64,000 bases of DNA, taken from positions 1 through 64,000 of the forward strand of contig JBDRNT010000094.1 of assembly GCA_043810925.1 (NCBI GenBank). The letters run 5' to 3'. The notes beneath the pieces were generated by a model, which saw only the letters and a list, made by a program, of their open reading frames with translations, was not told where the DNA came from and did no database searches. Origin of the DNA: Candidatus Eiseniibacteriota bacterium (GTDB taxonomy: Bacteria > Arandabacterota > Arandabacteria > Arandabacterales > Arandabacteraceae). This document shows, one piece after another, positions 57,121-64,000 of this stretch. Numbering within the stretch: the stretch's first letter is position 1; each line of letters opens with the position of its first letter. Made by a program: the position numbers and the translations under genes.

Positions 57121-58334
57121 TTCTCTGGTCGACCTCGAATCAAGTGGCTGAGAACTTCGCCCCATGCCGACGACACCGCCTCGGAAGAGAACCGGCCGCA
57201 AACGTGTTGCATCGACCGGTCTGCCATCAGCTCCAGCTGAGCAGGGTGAGAGAGCGCGGACGCAGTCTTTTCAACGAACTCTTTCCTGGTCTCGGCAAGG
57301 AGGAAATGAGTGTCAGGCCTCGCACCAGTCGCTTCCACGCCTTTCCAGGTGGATACCAGGGGGAGCCCGAGGGCCATGACGTCCAGCGCTTTTATGCGGA
57401 TGCCACCTCCGTAAAATACCGGGTTCACGAAAAGCCGGCACGATGAGAGGACCTGTTTGTAATCGTCGACAACTCCGGTGAACGTGACATTCTGATTCGC
57501 GAACTCCGTCACGGGGAAGTCGGCCTTCATGCCGACTATGACAAGCGAGACGTCCGGGTGTTCGTCTCTCACAAGGGGATAGACCTCGCGGAGAAACCAC
57601 AACAGTCCCTGTCGATTCGGGTACCAGTCCAGACGTCCGATGAAGCACAGATCAAACTTCGCGGCCGGCGGTCTCGCGGTGAGTGCGCAGTCAATCGAGC
57701 ATGGTATGGTCATCACTCTGGACTGCGGTGCCTCCCGGCTGACGGTCTGCCTTTCAACATCGGAAATACAAACGCACATGTCGAATGCAGGAAAAGTCTT
57801 AAGTTCAAGGCTTTTCAGCTTACGTGCCTGCCACCGGATCAGTGCCCGCTTTACCGGGTTGCGCACGTACTCCGCATGGCCTTCAACTACTCGCCACTCA
57901 AGGTTGTGTTGCCTGAGAACGACCGGACAGCCGGGGAAGCGGTTTCGCAAGGCCGGGAGCCAGCTGCTCAAATGGAAGCTGTCGAGCACGATAATCCCGT
58001 ATTCCCTATCCATCACGTCCTGCGAGAGCCTCCCGGCCAGGGCAGACGAATCGTGCTTTGCGATGTTGACCGGGAAGGCCGAGAGAAGCCCCTTTGCAAT
58101 CTGGCTGATCCCCATGGTCGGTTCGAAATGGAGATGCTCTACTCCTGCGATGTCACCAGCGGAAGTCGGTACGACTGAACGGGGGACTTCGGGTCCTACT
58201 ACGACGATCTTAATATCACAGCCCTGGGAAACCAGGGCGGTAAGGGAGCTCATGGTCAGTCTGCGGAACCCGTCCAGAGCCGGATAAGGACACTTTCTGG
58301 TTATCCAGAGAACCGAACTTGTGCGGTCATCCAT
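57117..58334 (-). CDS. Glycosyltransferase family 4
   Basis: PYPALDG, HNLE, FIGRLDWYPN, GGGIRIKALD.MA.GLP. Confidence 0.9.
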   Translation of the reverse strand: MDDRTSSVLWITRKCPYPALDGFRRLTMSSLTALVSQGCDIKIVVVGPEVPRSVVPTSAGDIAGVEHLHFEPTMGISQIAKGLLSAFPVNIAKHDSSALAGRLSQDVMDREYGIIVLDSFHLSSWLPALRNRFPGCPVVLRQHNLEWRVVEGHAEYVRNPVKRALIRWQARKLKSLELKTFPAFDMCVCISDVERQTVSREAPQSRVMTIPCSIDCALTARPPAAKFDLCFIGRLDWYPNRQGLLWFLREVYPLVRDEHPDVSLVIVGMKADFPVTEFANQNVTFTGVVDDYKQVLSSCRLFVNPVFYGGGIRIKALDVMALGLPLVSTWKGVEATGARPDTHFLLAETRKEFVEKTASALSHPAQLELMADRSMQHVCGRFSSEAVSSAWGEVLSHLIRGRPEK

Positions 58335-58412
58335 AGCGGACCCTCTGAGTATTCCGGGGCCCCCCCCACCCGGGTTGCAGCCGATGTCGGTGACTATCGG
58401 GCAGGCGTGCCG

Positions 58413-59537
58413 CTACCATTTTGAATAGTCTTTCCCCAGAGCATAATCCGCCAGTGAGAGCAGGGATGCGACGTTCACGGTGATGAAGAAGCCACAGGCG
58501 CCGGCAAGTCTCGATCTTGACAGTTGCCGCGTGCCGCTCAGCGCCGAGATGATCGCCGCTCCCAAGAGAAGTATCACCGAAACGAACCCTGCCACAGGCA
58601 AGTAGCTTCGGGGGATGGCCAGCACCGTCAGTACGATTGCAAGGACCAGGAGTGGCCCTATGAAGTACCTCAGGAGCTTGTCTGAAACCAGGTAGAAGAG
58701 AAGACGGGGTTTTCTCGCGATTCTGGCAAGGTAACCTTCTCGGAACAACGTACCCAGTGCGCGGGAGAATATCCGACGTCTTCTGGCGATATTGCTCCGT
58801 AAATCGGGGTACTTCGATGCCTTGTAGGCCTTAGCCTCCGACTCGAAGGTGACGGCCCCCCCGCGCAGCAGCATCTCAAGCGGCATGATCAGATCGGACA
58901 GCACGGGCGGGCCCAGCTCGACGAAATCCTCCGCCGCGACGGCATAGCAGCCTCCCTGTACACCGATCATCACACCACGTCGTGCCTCCCGTGTCTTGAG
59001 ATCCGCCTCCAGCCTTATGTAGAGGGAGTCACCCGTATCACGGTTCTGGTAGCGGACATCGGCTCCCACACATGCGTAGCCTTCACTCAGACGGTCTCCC
59101 AGGGCATCGACGGTGCTGGTGGGGATGAGCGTATCGGCGTCGCTGAAGATCAGAGCTTCTCCCGCTGCTTCCCTGGCCCCGAGGTTCTGAGCGGTTGTCT
59201 TGCCGCTGTGCGGGATACTCAGGACCTTCACCGTCGGCGCGGTTGCGGCAAGTCGCTGTGCGATCTCTTCAGTCCCGTCGGTGCATCCGTCACAGACAAC
59301 AATGATCTCCTGCGGCCTCGTCGGCTTCATCTCAAGACAGTTGGAGATCTTCTGCCCGATGAACTGCTTCTCATTGTGGACACAGATGATATGACTGATT
59401 TGTTTCATGTCCCGGCGGCCGAGTGGCAAAGCCTTTGATGTGCGACGGTCAAGAAGTCGCAGGACCAGTGGGTAGACCGCATATGGATAGATATAGAGAA
59501 TCCATGCGGCAGCAGCCAATGCGGTTACACTCTCCAT
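58413..59537 (-). CDS. Glycosyltransferase family 2 with TM helices
   Basis: HNE, DGCTDGT, GKTTAQN, FSDAD, RRRI. Confidence 0.9.
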   Translation of the reverse strand: MESVTALAAAAWILYIYPYAVYPLVLRLLDRRTSKALPLGRRDMKQISHIICVHNEKQFIGQKISNCLEMKPTRPQEIIVVCDGCTDGTEEIAQRLAATAPTVKVLSIPHSGKTTAQNLGAREAAGEALIFSDADTLIPTSTVDALGDRLSEGYACVGADVRYQNRDTGDSLYIRLEADLKTREARRGVMIGVQGGCYAVAAEDFVELGPPVLSDLIMPLEMLLRGGAVTFESEAKAYKASKYPDLRSNIARRRRIFSRALGTLFREGYLARIARKPRLLFYLVSDKLLRYFIGPLLVLAIVLTVLAIPRSYLPVAGFVSVILLLGAAIISALSGTRQLSRSRLAGACGFFITVNVASLLSLADYALGKDYSKW

Positions 59538-59744
59538 TTCTGTCGAATGGAAGCATTATCATTCACGCAATTCAAGCCAAAAGCGTTCCCGATCGCGAAG
59601 CGCCGTTACCCTCACCAACCTATTGCTTTTGAAAGGGGACCACCACATCGTCTCAAAAATCCGCCGGTTTCCGCCGGCCGTCAGGCGGATCCGTCGGGTC
59701 ACTGTATCGTACGCAGACGCGATCTGAACAATGGCGATCCCGGA

Positions 59745-60479
59745 CTACGAGACTGCCACTGAATCTCCACCCAGGTCCGATACCCTGTAACCTTTTTCCG
59801 ACAGGAAGTCATTGATTTCCTGCTCTCGACTGCCCAGACTATGAGACTCGAAAACCAGGGCTCCTGGATGAATTGTCTCAAAATCAATGGCTCGTATGAT
59901 CTCATCGTCGTGTCCTTCTGCGTCGATTAGAATCAAATCGATTCTCTTGTTCTTCCAGTATTGCCTTACCAGCGAATTCACAGACATGCATTGAACGTGA
60001 AACCCTTTTATCTTGTCTTCCGTGTTACCTAACTCCTTTAAACAGGCTTCGAGGTGCTCCCTGTGAAGTGAGGATTTCCGCAAGTAGTGCAGTTGATCAT
60101 CCAGTGATAGCGAGTTACAGAACTCATCTGAGCAAGACCAGATATGAATACTCTCATCACTCTTCGAAGATATGGCCGCATTGACGAATACAAGGTCTCT
60201 CCTCTTCAGATAAGCGTAATTGCTCTTCAACATGTTGAAAATCCGCGGCAATGGTTCAACCAGAATCCCGCTCCAACCATCTTCGACGACAAACCTGCGG
60301 ATGGGGTCCTGCCTGAGCCCGTCATTTGCACCGATCTGGATGAAATTGACTTGTTTGTTGTTCACTTCTGAGAAACCGGCCAACCATTGTTCCAGGCCGG
60401 GTCTCAGGGGACGAAGAGAACTCAATAGATCGAACAACCGAGGTTTGGTTTTCACATAGCTCTTCAACATCTTAATCAT
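59745..60479 (-). CDS. FkbM-family methyltransferase
   Basis: QIGANDG, GILVEP, IDAEGHD. Confidence 0.88.
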   Translation of the reverse strand: MIKMLKSYVKTKPRLFDLLSSLRPLRPGLEQWLAGFSEVNNKQVNFIQIGANDGLRQDPIRRFVVEDGWSGILVEPLPRIFNMLKSNYAYLKRRDLVFVNAAISSKSDESIHIWSCSDEFCNSLSLDDQLHYLRKSSLHREHLEACLKELGNTEDKIKGFHVQCMSVNSLVRQYWKNKRIDLILIDAEGHDDEIIRAIDFETIHPGALVFESHSLGSREQEINDFLSEKGYRVSDLGGDSVAVS

Positions 60480-61284
60480 CAGTTGAATCCATCAGCACAA
60501 CATTCATTCGCTGCGTCTGCTTGCTTTCGAATACCAGACTGCAACATGTAACCCCGGCCTCGGCCTTGGCCAGTTCCGAAAGTCGGAGAGGCGCCACTTT
60601 GATGCCGGCGCGCTCGAGCCGCGCACGTGTACGTGTGAACCGCGCCGGGTAGACCACGGTTTCACCGACCAACAGTGCGCCCGCTGCCTGCGGTTCTTCC
60701 GGGTCGATATCGACCAGATCGACCTCGCGGAAGACCTCGCCTCGAACCCAATTCCGGTTGATAAGCAGAGTGCGCGGCGCGATCCGGCCTACTGCCGATT
60801 TGAGATGGAGACATGCCTCCACGGGTACGGGAGTCACGTTGTAGCCCAGTGGCTCGACAAGAGCATCCATCTGTTTGACGCCGGCCATGTTCGTGCGTCG
60901 CGACAGACCCACATACATGTCATTGCCTATGACTATGACATCACCCCCGTCCAGGGTGCCCGGTCCCACAATCCGGGCCAGACCGCGATACTGTGCCAGA
61001 GCGTCGGCCACGGCCGATGTCTCGGGGCGGCGGGATTTCGCTCCGGGACGGGTCACAATCGCGAGCTCGTCAAGCACCACTGCGCAGTCTTCGACAAAGA
61101 CCGAATCGGGCAGATCCGGCTCCGCCGCGAGACTGTGTACCTCACAGCCGAGATCGGCCAGGCATTCTTCGTATTCCTGGTGCTCTTTAGCTGCGGTCTC
61201 GACGTCGATAGGTTCCCGCTCAAGATGCGTGCGTTCGCCCTGTCCGATGTTCGGACCGACCTGTCTGGTGACTGCAATCTTCAT
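60472..61284 (-). CDS. Dimethylarginine dimethylaminohydrolase
   Basis: PDSVFVED, RPGA.SRR.E, LDGGD, LHLKS, GVTCCS. Confidence 0.92.
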   Translation of the reverse strand: MKIAVTRQVGPNIGQGERTHLEREPIDVETAAKEHQEYEECLADLGCEVHSLAAEPDLPDSVFVEDCAVVLDELAIVTRPGAKSRRPETSAVADALAQYRGLARIVGPGTLDGGDVIVIGNDMYVGLSRRTNMAGVKQMDALVEPLGYNVTPVPVEACLHLKSAVGRIAPRTLLINRNWVRGEVFREVDLVDIDPEEPQAAGALLVGETVVYPARFTRTRARLERAGIKVAPLRLSELAKAEAGVTCCSLVFESKQTQRMNVVLMDSTDD

Positions 61285-61444
61285 CGAATGCCTTCTTCCT
61301 GCCCGGGTGTCCCGAGCCCTCCGGTCCCGGCCAGCCAGGTGAAATCGATGTCACGCTGGCGCCATGTGCTGCGGAACATCCAGATCGCATCAATTCCCCC
61401 TGATGGTGAATCCCACCGGGCTGACATGGTTGCGCACCGGCCGC

Positions 61445-63463
61445 TTACTTCAGGTATTTGTCGAACCAGCGCAGCATGTGCTTGAGACGCTCGATGCGGC
61501 GGTCGGTCCGGCCTGTTCGGGAAAGGCCATGCGGCTCATCCGGAAAACGCACCATGTCGGTATCGACACCGAGCCTCTTGAGCGCTACGAATACCTGCTC
61601 GCCCTGTTCGATCGGGCAACGGAGATCCTGCTCGCTGTGAATTACGAGCGTCGGCGTTTTCACACTCCCGAAGTACTTCATCGGTGATTGCTTCCAGTAG
61701 TCTGCGAAGTTCTCCCACGGGGCCTTTCCCCGAAACCTGTACTCCAACGCCCAGTTATAGTCTCCCGAACCGTACTTGCTGGTCATGTTGCTTATGGAGC
61801 GTTGCGTGACGGCGGCACTGAACCGGTGGCTATGTCCGATGATCCAGTTGGTCATGAAGCCACCGTAGCTCCCACCGGTCACACCCATGCGCTTGCGGTC
61901 TATGTAAGGCTTCCGGGCAACGTAATCCGTCCAGGCCATGAGATCTCGATAATCGGCCGTGCCCCACTTCCCCCAGATCGCCTTGCAGTGCTTCTCCCCG
62001 TAGCCCTGGCCGCCGCGCGGGTTTGAAAAGTAAACGACGTAGCCACCGGCAGCAAGGCAATGGAACTCGTGCATGAAGAGATTCCCGTATTGGACCTGGG
62101 GGCCACCGTGAATTTCAAGGATGGACGGGTACCTGGTCTTCGGATTGAAACCGGGAGGTTTCAAGATCCATCCGTGGATGTCATACCCATCAGGCCCTTT
62201 GATCCGGACCTCCTCGGTTGTGCCAAGATCACAGCCCTTAAAGACAGACCGGTTGATCTCCGTGAGCCGCCGGGTCCCGCCCGAGCGCAGGTCTTGCACA
62301 TAGAGATCGACGGGACTTTGCATATCGCCGAAGAGATAAGCGAGTCTCGTACGTGAGCCGTCCATGCCGAATTGGAGCACGGCACCTTTCTCATCAACGA
62401 CGTGCTCGAGCTCCCGGGCATTGCCACAGACCTCAACCGACTGAAGGATGCCGCGTCCGTGGCGTCCGGCGGTGAAGTAGATCCTGTCGCCGTTCTCGGC
62501 CCAGACCGGGGGCCCGGGGGGCGGTTCGACCGTTAGATCGTTTATCGTAGACCTCATGGCATCGACATCGAAGTGCCCGGTAAGGTTCCTGGCCTCGCGC
62601 TTGCCGTTTGCGGGAACGACCCAGACCGACGTGTTTCGCCACCACTCACCCTTGCCCACGGCGCCGTAATAGGCAATCAGTCTGCCATCGGGGGAGAAAC
62701 CGGGTGCGGACTTGTCTCCGTAGGGCGTTTTGATCTTGCGGGCCCGGCCGCCATTTGCCGGGATAGTGAACAGATCCACGTTATCAAACTCGAAATCCGG
62801 ATCCTTGCTGCGGTTTGAAGCAAAGACGATCAGGCGGCTGTCGGGGGACCATGAGGGGGAAAGCTCGTCATACCTGTCACCCTCGGTGAGCTGAGTTGCC
62901 TTGCCGGTGCGCGCATCGACCGTCCAGATGTGCCAGCGTTGCTTCGGAACAAAGCCGGCTCCGTCAAACTTGAAGAACACCCGGTCTATTTGTCTTGAAA
63001 CGACGCCGAGTTCCTTCTTCCTCTCGTCCTTTTCCCGCTGAACAGTCTCTTTGTCAGGCTCTCTGAAGCTCAAGACCAACCGCCGTCCGTCGGGGGCCCA
63101 TACGAGACTGCCGAACCGGCCCTTGAGGTTAGTAAGCTTGTGCGCTTCACCTCCATCGAACGGGATGAGATAGACTTGAGGCTGCTCAGCGTCCTTTCGG
63201 TTGGAGACGAAGGCGATGGAGCGTCCATCAGGTGACCAGCGCGGCCGGCTGTCAGTCCAGTCGCCGTATGTAAACCGGCGCGGTCTGCCGCCGCCTGTCG
63301 ATACGATCCATAGATTGGAGTATTTCTTCTCAGTTTTTCTGTCCACTCGCTCGACCGAATAGACCACCCACTTGCCGTCAGATGAGATGTGGCTGTCGGT
63401 TATCAGCTGAAACCTGTAGAGATCCTCAGCCTTGATACGCCGTGCCTTCTTCTGTTGTCTCAC
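61445..63463 (-). CDS. S9-family peptidase (acylaminoacyl peptidase-like)
   Basis: WSPD propeller repeats, IHGGP, GGSYGG, D.RCP, EPH. Confidence 0.93.
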   Translation of the reverse strand: MRQQKKARRIKAEDLYRFQLITDSHISSDGKWVVYSVERVDRKTEKKYSNLWIVSTGGGRPRRFTYGDWTDSRPRWSPDGRSIAFVSNRKDAEQPQVYLIPFDGGEAHKLTNLKGRFGSLVWAPDGRRLVLSFREPDKETVQREKDERKKELGVVSRQIDRVFFKFDGAGFVPKQRWHIWTVDARTGKATQLTEGDRYDELSPSWSPDSRLIVFASNRSKDPDFEFDNVDLFTIPANGGRARKIKTPYGDKSAPGFSPDGRLIAYYGAVGKGEWWRNTSVWVVPANGKREARNLTGHFDVDAMRSTINDLTVEPPPGPPVWAENGDRIYFTAGRHGRGILQSVEVCGNARELEHVVDEKGAVLQFGMDGSRTRLAYLFGDMQSPVDLYVQDLRSGGTRRLTEINRSVFKGCDLGTTEEVRIKGPDGYDIHGWILKPPGFNPKTRYPSILEIHGGPQVQYGNLFMHEFHCLAAGGYVVYFSNPRGGQGYGEKHCKAIWGKWGTADYRDLMAWTDYVARKPYIDRKRMGVTGGSYGGFMTNWIIGHSHRFSAAVTQRSISNMTSKYGSGDYNWALEYRFRGKAPWENFADYWKQSPMKYFGSVKTPTLVIHSEQDLRCPIEQGEQVFVALKRLGVDTDMVRFPDEPHGLSRTGRTDRRIERLKHMLRWFDKYLK

Positions 63464-63999
63464 CGCTGTCCTTCCTGATCGGGTGTCGAGTCATCAGCGC
63501 GCTCACTGAAATAGCGCGCAGCAATCTCGTCCAGTCTTGACTTCATCTCGATCTCAGTGTACCACTTGCCGCGGACCATGACGCCGACGCGCTTGCCGAC
63601 GTTCTTCACGTCATCAAGTGGGTTGGCTTCTGTGAGAATCAGATCCGCTCGACTGCCGACGGTGACGGTTCCAAACTCATCCAGCGCGTCGAAGAACTCC
63701 GCGGCGTCATGCGTGCCCGCCTTGATCGCTTCGTATGGCGTCAAACCGGCGTCTACGAAGTTCTGCAGTTCTTCGTGAATCGAAAATCCCGGGACGACCA
63801 GCGGGTTACCGCAATCGGTCCCGAGCAGAACTCGAACACCACCCTCATGCAACGATCCGGTCAGTTCCTTGCGAATCGGATTGCCCAGCGCGACGGCATC
63901 GAACATCTCAGAAGTGAACGTCTTAGTGTAATTGTTTTCAGGTTGGTGGAATTCAAGCTCGGACGGTGACAGGTATCTGAATTCCTCGCGCTTCAGCAG
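63460..63999 (-). CDS. Amidohydrolase family protein, C-terminal part (open to the window edge)
   Basis: LGTD, HEEL, GLTPYEA, G..ADL....NPL; no stop between 63906 and the window end. Confidence 0.85.
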   Translation of the reverse strand: MLKREEFRYLSPSELEFHQPENNYTKTFTSEMFDAVALGNPIRKELTGSLHEGGVRVLLGTDCGNPLVVPGFSIHEELQNFVDAGLTPYEAIKAGTHDAAEFFDALDEFGTVTVGSRADLILTEANPLDDVKNVGKRVGVMVRGKWYTEIEMKSRLDEIAARYFSERADDSTPDQEGQR

Positions 64000-64000
64000 C

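Noticed and set aside
59562..59592. Sigma54 promoter upstream of the GT2 gene
   Set aside because: TTGGC/TTGC spacing is GG-N8-GC instead of N10; the alternative alignment is a poor match.

Overview
A GC-rich bacterial chromosome segment, mostly housekeeping genes, from a probable anaerobe. The FlgD-Ig/T9SS-like and 'TWxxIKxxY' C-terminal tails suggest an FCB-related candidate phylum (inference). The left edge catches the end of an IS3-family element that truncates a secreted-protein gene. Then come secreted proteins, a membrane Ser/Thr kinase, acyl-CoA dehydrogenase, a Na+/solute symporter with a small upstream membrane protein, a tungsten-type AOR operon, pncA/pncB-galT-pcm-baeRF, lysC, TPR lipoproteins, six tRNAs (all four Ser isoacceptors, Arg-ACG, Ala-CGC), a GT39-TPR/M6 protease pair, tadA and a large Alu-containing SRP RNA. 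An ~18 kb co-oriented run follows: dnaX-ybaB-recR-porCDAB-pgpA-cinA-thpR-recA-recX-alaS-ferredoxin-geranylgeranyl reductase-GGGP synthase-rmlA-rmlD-gmhA-wzx. It meets glycosyltransferases, FkbM, DDAH, an S9 peptidase and an amidohydrolase on the minus strand. Highlights: (1) an archaeal-type ether-lipid module (Fd + GGR + group II GGGPS) sitting directly upstream of surface-glycan genes; (2) a CDS whose stop codon lies inside tRNA-Ala, so tRNA processing would leave a non-stop mRNA; (3) a dispersed GGGGTCAG REP-like palindrome family; (4) pncA apparently starting at ATA. All functional calls come from motif recognition by eye; no database searches were run.
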